Translations under genes and position numbers: made by a program
Assembly: GCA_965207065.1 (NCBI GenBank)
Contig: OZ242260.1
Location: 3,712,001 to 3,776,000, forward strand
Origin: a bacterium
GTDB lineage: Bacteria; UBA8248
Direction of reading: 5' to 3'
Length of the DNA: 64,000 nucleotides
Notes under the pieces: model-generated
Told to the model about the DNA's origin: nothing
Database searches by the model: none
The model's input: only the letters and a program-made list of their open reading frames with translations
Shown here: positions 49,610-58,925 of the stretch, piece by piece
Position numbering within the stretch: the first letter of the stretch is position 1
Layout of the letters: the number at the start of each line of letters is the position of its first letter

Positions 49610-49777
49610 ATGGAAAATTTCCTGCTCATTCTGACAAAACCCGACAACATCCCCATCGCGTTCATGATTCCCCTGGTTGGGTTTTTCGTCTGGCTGGCAA
49701 TCGCTCAGGGCCTCAGACACGACAAACTCATCAAAAAGGGGAAAAAAGACGACGTATACGACGAGATGATCCGATAA
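49610..49777 (+). CDS. small membrane protein (55 aa), probable detached N-terminal piece of the cytochrome b subunit IV-like protein
   Basis: Hand-translated MENFLLILTKPDNIPIAFMIPLVGFFVWLAIAQGLRHDKLIKKGKKDDVYDEMIR; AAAGGA RBS. Confidence 0.75.
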   Translation: MENFLLILTKPDNIPIAFMIPLVGFFVWLAIAQGLRHDKLIKKGKKDDVYDEMIR

Positions 49778-49892
49778 GCGCCTTGGGCTTCACTCACTCC
49801 CACATCAATACCTCCAGTGCATGGGACCTTGAATCCTTGATGGTCGGCCGCGGCTCGATGCCTTCGTTCTCACCCGTATTCTGGAGGCCGAC

Positions 49893-50405
49893 TTGCTAGA
49901 ACTCATCTTCGTCGCGCTCTTCCTGGGATTCATCACCATATTGTTCGTCAAGAGAACGACCTCGAACATCGCGCTCGAAGCGGATGCGGAGAAGACCAGA
50001 AACGATTCGGAAATCGAATCCCTGCGCCAGATGTCTCCTCAGGTGTTCGAGCGCATGCTCATCGAACTGCTCGAAGGCATGAACATGCGCATCGTGGAGG
50101 TCCACTGGGTCAACGAGGAGGAAATCGACATCCTCGCGCACAACCCCGCGCCCATTCTCGGGGGCGACTACATCATCCACGGCATACTCGTGCCGGAGGG
50201 CGACTTCGTGAACTCGATACGGGTCATCGGCCTCTCCGACACCGTGCGCGCCGAGCGGGCCCTGAAGGGAATCCTTGTATCGACGGGATACTTCACCGAA
50301 GAGGTGCAGAAATACTCCGAAGGCGCTCCGATGGAGCTCATCAACGTCGCGAAGCTCCGCGAGATACTCCACGCCCACGACATGGCCTGGCCTGGCGCGG
50401 AGTAA
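49893..50405 (+). CDS. membrane-anchored Mrr-like restriction-endonuclease-fold protein
   Basis: N-terminal TM; MSPQVFE, IDILA, KGILVSTGYFT, MELI motifs; GGAGG RBS before TTG. Confidence 0.8.
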   Translation: MLELIFVALFLGFITILFVKRTTSNIALEADAEKTRNDSEIESLRQMSPQVFERMLIELLEGMNMRIVEVHWVNEEEIDILAHNPAPILGGDYIIHGILVPEGDFVNSIRVIGLSDTVRAERALKGILVSTGYFTEEVQKYSEGAPMELINVAKLREILHAHDMAWPGAE

Positions 50406-50458
50406 GGCTCATATCCAAGCAAATGATTACGTAAGTAGGGAAATCGCGCGATAAACAC

Positions 50459-50537
50459 CTAGGGACAGGCTCCCGTGCCTGTCCAGCCGTTGCGCCATCC
50501 CATCCATAAAGGACAACCACGAGGGGTTGTCCCCTAC
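50459..50537. repeat. pair of GTAG-type REP-like palindromes (BIME/REPIN-like)
   Basis: CTAGGGACAGGCTCCCGTGCCTGTCC and GGACAACCACGAGGGGTTGTCCCCTAC in opposite orientation. Confidence 0.7.
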
Positions 50538-50635
50538 CTTTTAATACAGAAACTTAACCACGCAACTCCACTCCTGTATGATCGCCTTGCAAGCACCGCT
50601 TAGAGTAAAATCCGGAGAAGGTGGAGGGCATGACC

Positions 50636-50878
50636 ATGGCGAGCATCACGATCGGCAATTTAGACGATGATGTGAAGATCCGCCTTCGCATCCGGGCGGC
50701 GAAGAACGGCCGCACCATGGAAGAAGAAGCGCGGGCGATTCTTAGTGAGGCAGTCGGGCGCAAGCCAGCTCCACAAAATCTCGCAAACCTAATCCGCGCC
50801 CGGTTCGGGCCATTGGGCGGCGTGGACATTGAGTTGCCGCCACGTGAGCCTGCTCGCGAGCCGCCCCGGTTCAATTGA
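50636..50878 (+). CDS. FitA-like ribbon-helix-helix protein (antitoxin-type), no PIN toxin partner
   Basis: MASITIGNLDDDVKIRLRIRAAKNGRTMEEEARAIL; GGAGG RBS. Confidence 0.9.
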   Translation: MASITIGNLDDDVKIRLRIRAAKNGRTMEEEARAILSEAVGRKPAPQNLANLIRARFGPLGGVDIELPPREPAREPPRFN

Positions 50879-50935
50879 AGTTCTAGGCATGAGACTGCCG
50901 AAAAGTGCCACAATTGCCCACAATGGGGACACTTG

Positions 50936-52471
50936 ATGAATCATCGTTCTGGACGCACGGCGCAGGATAAATTCAAACTGCTCTGCTCTGAGGCCGAAAT
51001 TACTTGCAACAGTTCTTCTGAGGATGATCACGGCTGGGATTTCATCATTGAACTTGTTCCCCAACGAGACAGCGGACTACCGGCGGATAAACTATCTGGT
51101 CCTAAACAGGTGCTGGTTCAGGTTAAGTCGACGACAGGCAAGTCTCTAAAAACCAGTATAAAGGTTACCAATGCCCTCAAACTAGCGAAATCGGAATTGC
51201 CATGTTTTGTGGTTTTATTTCATCACGCTCCTGGCACCGAAGAACGCATTTATATACGACATTTCTGGGCCGAGTTGATTGAACGTGCATTATTGCGCGG
51301 CAGACAGGCCAGTGCCGAGAATAAGAAGCTACACAAAGTTAGTATGAAAATAGGATTTTCCGATCAAGACGAACATAGCGCCGACCTTTTAAGTTGGATA
51401 ATCGCTACCGTGAATGAATATTCGGTGGAATACCCTGAAAAAAAACGCTCGCTCTGCGACACTCTAGGCTACGGAGAAAGAAACTACCGCGTAGAGGTAA
51501 CATTTAGTCCGTTAGGCGGTGTAGAGGAACTTGTTGACCACCAGTTGGGATTTACAGACTACCTACCAGTCTCCAATATTAAGTTCGTAGATTCTCGTTT
51601 TGGAATTGACGCTACCATGCCCATGTTGGGAAGCGATCACGGTCGGATACAAATCCGGCCAAATAATGCAAGGAAGTGCAATTTGGTACTTCAAAATTCG
51701 AGTGGAGATGTCATTTCATTTGAAGCCAGAATGAGGGGGCCAGCAATACCCAATCTACCCCCAGACAAGTTCAAAATTGCAATAGAGACATGGTGCTTCA
51801 CCGCGATTATTTTCTCCGATGGTAATATCTCGGCGCAAATCACAGATATATGGAATGAAAAACTCTCGTTGGAACGATTGAGCGAATATGTGACCTTTCT
51901 CTCGTGGGGAGGTGAAGAGATTTCTATGAAAATTGTTGATCATGATGTTCCAGCGTTGATTTATGACGGCAAGTTAAGCCTAAGCGGACATGAGGGATTT
52001 TACAGCGAATTATCTAGTATTCTTGGGACACTGCGGGGAATTCAAAAGCTGGCTGGTATAAACACTGTGAATTTAACATTGCAAGATCTGCGCTGTGCCT
52101 TCAATGAATTGTCGGGCTTTCAGAAAATCCTTTCAGCCGAAGACATTCAACTTTGTGCGCAACTAGATTCACCACTCAAGACTAATGTCAAATTTTCTCG
52201 AATACTTGGATACTTCGACTTCGAAATTGGAGGATATATCTTTTTTGTAGTATTCGATGCTTTGGCGACCGACTTGTCTGCGGGGGGTGGAGACATAAAA
52301 CTCGATTGTGGAAAACGGGTATTGCGAGAATGTTTTGTCGGTGATGATGGCGATAGCATAAGGGCCGCAGGCAAGAAAAGCTATAAGATCGAGGAAGCCG
52401 ATCATGTGGACGAGTGCTTTAGTTTTGGCGACATTCGAACTCTATTACAAGATTACCGAATCTTTGAGTGA
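50936..52471 (+). CDS. DUF4365-like PD-(D/E)xK nuclease-domain protein with large uncharacterised C-terminus
   Basis: DDHGWDFIIE...VQVKST motif; visibly lower GC than the flanks. Confidence 0.75.
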   Translation: MNHRSGRTAQDKFKLLCSEAEITCNSSSEDDHGWDFIIELVPQRDSGLPADKLSGPKQVLVQVKSTTGKSLKTSIKVTNALKLAKSELPCFVVLFHHAPGTEERIYIRHFWAELIERALLRGRQASAENKKLHKVSMKIGFSDQDEHSADLLSWIIATVNEYSVEYPEKKRSLCDTLGYGERNYRVEVTFSPLGGVEELVDHQLGFTDYLPVSNIKFVDSRFGIDATMPMLGSDHGRIQIRPNNARKCNLVLQNSSGDVISFEARMRGPAIPNLPPDKFKIAIETWCFTAIIFSDGNISAQITDIWNEKLSLERLSEYVTFLSWGGEEISMKIVDHDVPALIYDGKLSLSGHEGFYSELSSILGTLRGIQKLAGINTVNLTLQDLRCAFNELSGFQKILSAEDIQLCAQLDSPLKTNVKFSRILGYFDFEIGGYIFFVVFDALATDLSAGGGDIKLDCGKRVLRECFVGDDGDSIRAAGKKSYKIEEADHVDECFSFGDIRTLLQDYRIFE

Positions 52472-52575
52472 CTCGCAGAAATTCCACAAAACTAAAAAAA
52501 ACGCCTCCCTGATCGGGAAGCGGTTTTATAATTTTGGATAGTTATCAGCTAATTGATCTTGTGTCCTAAAACCCC

Positions 52576-52683
52576 TTAGACCAACAGATAAATCACGCCC
52601 GAGACGACGAGCAGGGCGACCGCGGCCACCTTCACGCCGCAGGCGTCCCACCAAAGATGTTTTCGCTGTCTGTCCTGAACCAT
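52576..52683 (-). CDS. small single-TM protein (35 aa) directly after the subunit IV-like gene
   Basis: Hand-translated MVQDRQRKHLWWDACGVKVAAVALLVVSGVIYLLV; GGAG RBS; 16 bp after the upstream stop. Confidence 0.55.
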   Translation of the reverse strand: MVQDRQRKHLWWDACGVKVAAVALLVVSGVIYLLV

Positions 52684-52699
52684 CTTCTCCGCTCAATAC

Positions 52700-53479
52700 C
52701 TAGATGTTGAACCAGGGCGTGACGAGAACGTATTTGACGTTGAGCCCGATGCGCAGGACCATTTTCGCCACTATCCCCATCATCGTCATGTTGAGCGACG
52801 CTTTTATGAGATAGCGAACCAGGCCCACGTTCTTCATGCGCTCGCGCCGCCAGATGTAGTAAGCCGGTATGGTGGCGTACCAGAGCACAATCATCACGGT
52901 GCCCGCCGCCGCCTGGCTCCAGTAACTCCTGAAGCCGAGCATGTAGGGCAGGTCCACGTTCGTCAGCGCCACGACCTTGTGCGGGTCCCAGTACTCCCAG
53001 GGCATGAAGAAGTTCCAACCCGGCCCGCGCAGGAATGTTCCCTGCACCACCATCCACACCCACAGGACCAGAAATCCGAACAGGAAGGTGAAGATGGCGA
53101 ACCTGCGCTCGTGGAAGGTGTAATACCCGTTCCCCTTGGGGTTCACGTCGATGAAGGGTATGGCCATCAGGCCCACGATGATGAGGGTGGGCAGCACGAC
53201 GCCCGCCATCCACGGGTCGAAATAGACGAGCAGCTCCTGAAGGCCCAGGAAATACCACGGCGCCTTCGAGGGGTTCGGCGTGACGGAAGGGTTCGCGGGC
53301 TCTTCGAGCGGCGCGTCGATCACGATGGACCACACCACCAGGAATATGGTGATGATGATCGCGCACATGAATTCGAGGCGCGTGAGGTAGGGCCACACGT
53401 GAACCTTGTCGTTCACCCGCTCCCAACTCGTCTTGGCCATCTCATCGGCAGAGCCGACTACCCTGTCTTCCTTCGCCAA
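52700..53479 (-). CDS. Rieske/cytochrome b complex subunit IV-like protein
   Basis: VWPYL, APLEEPANPSVTPNPSKAPWYFLGLQELL (PEWY-equivalent), IPFID, RGPGW motifs. Confidence 0.88.
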   Translation of the reverse strand: MAKEDRVVGSADEMAKTSWERVNDKVHVWPYLTRLEFMCAIIITIFLVVWSIVIDAPLEEPANPSVTPNPSKAPWYFLGLQELLVYFDPWMAGVVLPTLIIVGLMAIPFIDVNPKGNGYYTFHERRFAIFTFLFGFLVLWVWMVVQGTFLRGPGWNFFMPWEYWDPHKVVALTNVDLPYMLGFRSYWSQAAAGTVMIVLWYATIPAYYIWRRERMKNVGLVRYLIKASLNMTMMGIVAKMVLRIGLNVKYVLVTPWFNI

Positions 53480-53511
53480 TGTATTCGCCCTTCCCTGTTA
53501 TGCCACGTAAC

Positions 53512-54300
53512 CTACAAGGGTCCCGATATGCCCCCGTCTTTTCGGATTCTCCAGAAGTGCACCATCATCAGAATCGCCGCTATCAACGGAACGACGATGC
53601 AGTGCAGCACGTAGAAGCGCAAAAGCGTGGGCGGTCCGACGATGGTTCCGCCCAACAGCGCCGAGCGCGCGTCGAAGCGCGGGGTGACGCCCACCATTTC
53701 GGCGAACGGGCCCTCGTGCCCCAGAAGCGGCGTCGCCCGCGCCATGTTCGTTCCCACCGTCACCGCCCAGATGGCGAGCTGATCCCAGGGGAGCAGATAG
53801 CCGGTGAAGCTGAGCAGGAGGGTGAGCGTGAGCAACAAGACCCCGATGACCCAGTTGAACTCGCGCGGCGGCTTGTAGGAGCCCGTCATGAAGACGCGCA
53901 GCATGTGCAGCCACACGGCAATGACCATCGCGTGCGCCGCCCAGCGGTGCATGTTCCGCATGAACATGCCGAAGGGGGCGTCGAATTCGAGATACTTGAT
54001 GTCGGCGTAGGCATATTCACCCACGGGCCGGTAGTAGAACATCAGGACCACGCCGGTGACGACGAGGTAGAGGAACAGCAGGAACGTCACCCCGCCCATG
54101 CACCACGTGAAGCGGATGCGGATGGCGTGCCGCCTGATTTTCGTGGGGTGCAAGTGCAGCCAGAGGTTGTCCACCACCATGAGAACGCGGTTTCTCGGCG
54201 TGTCCTCATACCCGTGGCGGAACATCGACCTCCATACCTGGGAGTCGAGCACACTGCGTTTCACCTGATCCAGATTCAAGCGTTCTTTCAAACTCGGCAT
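53512..54300 (-). CDS. petB: cytochrome b6-type cytochrome b (N-terminal four-helix part)
   Basis: WCMGG, heme His pairs MHRW...LH and LH-x14-[17 protein letters not shown]. Confidence 0.9.
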   Translation of the reverse strand: MPSLKERLNLDQVKRSVLDSQVWRSMFRHGYEDTPRNRVLMVVDNLWLHLHPTKIRRHAIRIRFTWCMGGVTFLLFLYLVVTGVVLMFYYRPVGEYAYADIKYLEFDAPFGMFMRNMHRWAAHAMVIAVWLHMLRVFMTGSYKPPREFNWVIGVLLLTLTLLLSFTGYLLPWDQLAIWAVTVGTNMARATPLLGHEGPFAEMVGVTPRFDARSALLGGTIVGPPTLLRFYVLHCIVVPLIAAILMMVHFWRIRKDGGISGPL

Positions 54301-54343
54301 CTAAAAACCCCCACGTACTCGCATCGAACGAACATATAAGCTC

Positions 54344-54898
54344 TTAGGTAAAGAGAAAAGCACCCGGGTCGTCCCATTGCCCTTTCTCGTGGAGAAACAG
54401 CTTGCCCTTGTCGATAATCAGCTGCCCGTCCTCGGCCAGGCCGATCTTGAGCCTCTCGAGCGGCCTCGGCGCCGGACCCTCGAAGTTGATGCCGGATCTG
54501 CGGAACCCGCTCCCGTGGCAGGGGCACTTGAACTTGTCCTCGGAGCCCAGGTATTTCGGCGTGCATCCCAGATGGGTGCATATCGCGCTCAGGGCGTAGA
54601 ATCCGTTCTGCTCGCGGATGATCCACACGCGCTCGCTGTTCACGTAGCGGGTGTCCACCACGCCCACGGCGTAGTCCGCCGGATCCCCCGCCTTGAACTC
54701 GGTGGGCGGTTCGAACAGAACGCGCGGGAACATGAAGCGCAGGAAACCGATCAGCGCGACGTTGATGGCGCCCAGTACGCCGAGCCACCCCGTGTAGTTC
54801 ATGAACCGCCTGCGGTCGATGAACGGCTTTTTCTCTTTCGCCTCCTCCTCGTAATCGGCAGGCAGCTTTACCGGAGGGGCTTTCAAGCGAGTGTTCAT
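54344..54898 (-). CDS. petC: Rieske [2Fe-2S] protein
   Basis: Tat-like DRRRF plus TM; CTHLGC and CPCHGS; GPAPRPL. Confidence 0.93.
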   Translation of the reverse strand: MNTRLKAPPVKLPADYEEEAKEKKPFIDRRRFMNYTGWLGVLGAINVALIGFLRFMFPRVLFEPPTEFKAGDPADYAVGVVDTRYVNSERVWIIREQNGFYALSAICTHLGCTPKYLGSEDKFKCPCHGSGFRRSGINFEGPAPRPLERLKIGLAEDGQLIIDKGKLFLHEKGQWDDPGAFLFT

Positions 54899-55255
54899 GA
54901 GGACTCTACACTCCTGTTTTGAAACCTAAACCACCTTTCGACCTCGCACATCCCAAACCGATCCATCTTCCAGCGTCGCACGGATATATTATCCCCCATA
55001 ACGACGGATAATGAAACCGATTCGCTTGATTTCGCCACGGGCGGCGCATGGCCTCGCCGGACGCCGAGACCATCAGGATTTCAGCTATTGCCAAGGTTCT
55101 TATTACGGACGAAAGCAACCGATGTCAAGGGCGAATGCGCGTTTCCCGCCGGATGGCGGGAGTTTCGCGAACTTGTGGACGGCTTTCTTCTGGAATACGA
55201 TAAAATTTGAGAACAAACAGGAGAGACACTGTTTCAAGAATCCACGGGAGCAACG

Positions 55256-55546
55256 ATGAAACGGGATGAAGTCCTGAAAATTCTCCGGGCACACAAAGGG
55301 ATACTCTCGGAGCGCTTCGGCGTCGCCGAGCTCGCCATTTTCGGCTCCTTCGCGCGCGACGAAGCCACGGAGGAGAGTGATGTGGATATTCTGGTGCATT
55401 TCGATGGTCCGGCGCACTGGAAACGATTTTTCGACGCGCAGTTCTACATCGAAGATCTGCTGGGTCGAGATGTCGATCTTGCGACGGAGAAGATGGTGCG
55501 AGCCGAGATACGCCCTTACGTCGAGCGGGAGATCGTTCATGTCTGA
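55256..55546 (+). CDS. minimal nucleotidyltransferase (MNT) antitoxin
   Basis: FGSFARD...SDVDILV, LGRDVDL motifs. Confidence 0.92.
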   Translation: MKRDEVLKILRAHKGILSERFGVAELAIFGSFARDEATEESDVDILVHFDGPAHWKRFFDAQFYIEDLLGRDVDLATEKMVRAEIRPYVEREIVHV

Positions 55547-55910
55547 GGCCGGTCATGGCGGGCGTGAATGGCGATTTTATGTTCAGGACATGATCGAGTT
55601 CTGCGGCAGGGTATCGGATTACACCGCAGGATTGGATCAGACAATTTTCTTCGCCAGCAAGATCACCTACGACGCCACCCTGCGCAACCTGGAACTAATC
55701 GGCGAGGCGGCGACCCACGTCCCGGAGGAGGTGCGCGATAGGTATCCTGATATCCCCTGGGGCAGCATCATCGGAGCGCAAAACCAGTTGGCTCACGGCT
55801 ATATGAGAATGGACGAAAACCTCGTCTGGACCATGATCGAGGATGGCATTCCCAGTCTGTTGCCGCAATTGCAAAATCTGCTACTCACGGAGACAGAAGA
55901 CTCAACCTAG
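55539..55910 (+). CDS. DUF86/HepT-like HEPN ribonuclease toxin, catalytic motif altered
   Basis: DATLRNLELIGEAA, PDIPW, QNQLAHGY; overlaps the MNT gene. Confidence 0.9.
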   Translation: MSEAGHGGREWRFYVQDMIEFCGRVSDYTAGLDQTIFFASKITYDATLRNLELIGEAATHVPEEVRDRYPDIPWGSIIGAQNQLAHGYMRMDENLVWTMIEDGIPSLLPQLQNLLLTETEDST

Positions 55911-55937
55911 ACGGCGGTTCGCGTCGGCAAGAACGCA

Positions 55938-55963
55938 GGGCGGGCACAGGGGCCCGCCCCTAC
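55938..55963 (-). repeat. GTAG-type REP-like palindrome
   Basis: Minus strand reads GTAGGGGCGGGCCCCTGTGCCCGCCC. Confidence 0.7.
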
Positions 55964-56011
55964 GAAAACCTGCCTCAATCGAAACGAGACGCGCTGGAGA
56001 ATCACTCTCAT

Positions 56012-57004
56012 CTACAAGCCCGCGCGGGTGTTGTCCTTCACCTTTCTGTTGACCACGTTCACGGGCCATTCGCCCGATAATACACGCCTGACCTCGTTGG
56101 GCGCGCCCTGCTGGAGGCCGACCATGGACTCCTCGCTGTACCAGGCCGCGTGCGGGTTGATGATGACGTTCTCACGACCCCGCAGGGGATGGGGGTCGGG
56201 CAGGGGTTCGGGGTCGGTCGTATCGAGGGCGCAGCCGGCGATTTCGCCCGCATCGAGCGCGCGCACGAGCGCATCGGTGTCGATGATGGGGCCACGCGAG
56301 CAGTTTACGATGACGGCGGTGTTCTTCATCTGCGCGAAAGCCTCGTCGTTCATCATCCCGCGCGTCTGGGGGATGAGCGGCGGGTGGATGGAGACGAAAT
56401 CGGACTGCGCGTACATATCCGCGAGTTCCTCCATCTTCTCGCCGGGCGCGTCGAACTGGCCCTGCTCCACGAAGGGGTCGTTGAAGAGCACCCGCATCCC
56501 GAACGAGGCGGCGCGGACGGCCACCATGCGGGCGATGTTCCCGAAACCCACGAGACCCAGCGTGGCGCCCACGAGACGGAACATCGGCTTGCCCGGCGGC
56601 ACCGCCCAATCGCCCGCGCGCACCCGGCGATCGTAAAACGCCACCTTACGGGCCGATGTAAGCAACAGCGCCATCGTGTGCTCGGCGACTTCCTCGATGC
56701 AGTAGGTGGGGTTGTTCGTGACGATGATGCCCGCCTCCGTGGCGGCGTCCAGGTCAATCGTGTCCACGCCGATGCCGTAGCGCGCGATGATCTTGCAGTT
56801 CGGCATCCCCGCCATGTCCTCTTTCGTGATGGGGCCGGCGTAGGTGTTCAAGACCGCCTCGCAATCAGCGGCTTCCCCGAGAAATTCCGCGGGCGTCTTC
56901 GTCTGCATGGCGACGATATCGGCCAGATCTCCCAGAATCTCGTTCTCCACGTCCAGGGACTCCCAGACGTAATCGGTCAGGACGACTTTCGCCTTATCCG
57001 GCAT
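56012..57004 (-). CDS. D-isomer-specific 2-hydroxyacid dehydrogenase (CtBP-like)
   Basis: RYGIGVD, YCIEEVAEH, GFGNIA, NCSRG, EP, PHAAWYS motifs. Confidence 0.94.
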   Translation of the reverse strand: MPDKAKVVLTDYVWESLDVENEILGDLADIVAMQTKTPAEFLGEAADCEAVLNTYAGPITKEDMAGMPNCKIIARYGIGVDTIDLDAATEAGIIVTNNPTYCIEEVAEHTMALLLTSARKVAFYDRRVRAGDWAVPPGKPMFRLVGATLGLVGFGNIARMVAVRAASFGMRVLFNDPFVEQGQFDAPGEKMEELADMYAQSDFVSIHPPLIPQTRGMMNDEAFAQMKNTAVIVNCSRGPIIDTDALVRALDAGEIAGCALDTTDPEPLPDPHPLRGRENVIINPHAAWYSEESMVGLQQGAPNEVRRVLSGEWPVNVVNRKVKDNTRAGL

Positions 57005-57165
57005 GTTGTTCCCCTTTTGCTGGTTTCCAGGATGGCTGAAATTTAATTGCGCGATGCTATCCCACGCTCATAAGGGAATCAAGGCTTTGGGCACATTCCT
57101 TGACCCCCGAGAGACCCTGTAATAGCCTTTTCCAGATTTCCCTTATCCAGAAAGGCGGAGAGCGC

Positions 57166-57732
57166 ATGCCGGACATCGACTCGTTCAGGCTCAGCCCCGA
57201 AGACAGCCTCCTGCTCATCGTCGACGCGCAGGAGCGGCTCATGTCCGCCATGAGGGAGGACGTGCGAGAGCAAGTCGTCGGGCGCATCCTCACGCTGACG
57301 GAAACGGCGAAGCGCCTCGATTTCCCGGTACTCGTCACCGAGCAATACCCCAAGGGGCTCGGGCCCACCGTCGAGGCGGTGGCGGAGAAGGCGCCCGGGT
57401 TCGCGCCCATCGAGAAAATCGCGTTCAGCTGCTGCGCGGAGGAGACGTTCCTCCCCCGCCTGCATGAGACGGGCCGGACGAAGATACTGCTCACGGGCGC
57501 TGAGACGCACGTATGCTGCTACCAGACGGCGCTCGACCTGCTGGATAACGGCTTCATCGTCCACGCCGTGGCCGACGCCACCTGCTCGCGCTCGAAGCTG
57601 AACTGGCGGACGGGGCTCTCGGCGCTCGAGCGCGCGGGCGCGATTCCCGCCACGACCGAGCAGGTTCTCTTCGAGCTTCTCCGCGTGGCGGGCACCGAGG
57701 ATTTCAAATTCCTCTCGAAACTGATACGTTAA
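57166..57732 (+). CDS. isochorismatase family hydrolase
   Basis: DAQERL, TEQYPKGLGPT, K..FS, ETHVCC motifs. Confidence 0.93.
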   Translation: MPDIDSFRLSPEDSLLLIVDAQERLMSAMREDVREQVVGRILTLTETAKRLDFPVLVTEQYPKGLGPTVEAVAEKAPGFAPIEKIAFSCCAEETFLPRLHETGRTKILLTGAETHVCCYQTALDLLDNGFIVHAVADATCSRSKLNWRTGLSALERAGAIPATTEQVLFELLRVAGTEDFKFLSKLIR

Positions 57733-57785
57733 GCCCCACGCCCACCTGAAACGCTTCACACGCCCCGAGGAAGGATTCGCCACAA

Positions 57786-58880
57786 ATGGCGTCACCGTCC
57801 CGAAAGACAAGCGTCGGCGTCGTGTTCGGCGGGCGTTCGACCGAGCACGAGGTGAGCCGCAACTCGGGCCGGGCCATCATGGCGGAGCTCGATCCTGAGA
57901 AATACGACGTCCATCCCCTCCTGATCACGAAATCGGGCGCCTGGATCGCCCTCTCCGCCCCGGATGCGCCGCCTGATGACGGCGAAGAAGTTCTCTTCTC
58001 GGGCACGCCGAACGGGCGGCCGCTCAGATACGCCGGAAGGGATGAGCCTCTCGCGATTGACGTTTTCTTCCCCATCATCCACGGCACGTTCGGGGAAGAC
58101 GGCACGCTGCAGGGACTGTTCGAACTGGCGGAGGCGCCGTTCGTGGGTTCGGGGTGCGCGTCTTCGGCCGTCACGATGGACAAGGCCGTCGCCAAGGCGG
58201 TGCTGCGCGCGGCGGGGCTGCCCGTTCTGCCGGCGCTGACGCTGTTTCCCGAAACCTGGGAGGCGAACCGCCACGCCGTTTCAGAAGAAGCCGCAGCCAA
58301 AATAGGATATCCGCTGTTCGTCAAGCCCTCCTCATCCGGCAGCAGCGTCGGCGTCCATCTGGTGGAGAGGCCGGATGAACTCGACGACGCGGTCGCCGAC
58401 GCCTTCCGCTTCGACAGTAAAGTTCTGATCGAGGAGCACGCGCAGGGGCGCGAACTCGAGTGTTCGGTGCTCGAGGGACCATTGCCGGGAGAATTCCTCG
58501 CCAGCCCGCTCATGGAGATTACGACGCGTACGGGCTGGTACGACTACGAGGCGAAATACGAGGAAGGCCGCGCTGAACTGATTATCCCGGCTCCGGTGGA
58601 GGAATCCCTCGCCGAACACGCCCGCCTCTACGCGCGGGGCGCGTTCAGCGCGCTGGGCTGCTCGGGACTCGCCCGCGTGGATTTCTTCTACCGCGAGAGG
58701 ACGGGGGAGACCTACATCAACGAGGTGAACACCCTGCCCGGCTTCACGCAGCTGAGCGGATACCCCAGGATGATCCAGGCGGCGGGGGTCTCCTACCCCG
58801 AAATGCTGGACCGCCTGATCGCTTGCGCAATGGCGCGCCACGAGAAGTTAGGCGCGAGGGAATACGACAGAGGCGCCTGA
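57786..58880 (+). CDS. ddl: D-alanine--D-alanine ligase
   Basis: FGGRSTEHEVS, HGTFGEDG, VKP..GSS, YDYEAKY, NEVNTLPG motifs. Confidence 0.96.
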   Translation: MASPSRKTSVGVVFGGRSTEHEVSRNSGRAIMAELDPEKYDVHPLLITKSGAWIALSAPDAPPDDGEEVLFSGTPNGRPLRYAGRDEPLAIDVFFPIIHGTFGEDGTLQGLFELAEAPFVGSGCASSAVTMDKAVAKAVLRAAGLPVLPALTLFPETWEANRHAVSEEAAAKIGYPLFVKPSSSGSSVGVHLVERPDELDDAVADAFRFDSKVLIEEHAQGRELECSVLEGPLPGEFLASPLMEITTRTGWYDYEAKYEEGRAELIIPAPVEESLAEHARLYARGAFSALGCSGLARVDFFYRERTGETYINEVNTLPGFTQLSGYPRMIQAAGVSYPEMLDRLIACAMARHEKLGAREYDRGA

Positions 58881-58925
58881 CCGCTTAAACCCCTTGCAAC
58901 GGCGGCCGGAAAGGGAACGATGTAA

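Noticed and set aside
50940-50960. Alternative frame reading IIVLDA, like a PIN toxin N-terminus after fitA
   Set aside because: No start codon and no further PIN similarity; probably chance.
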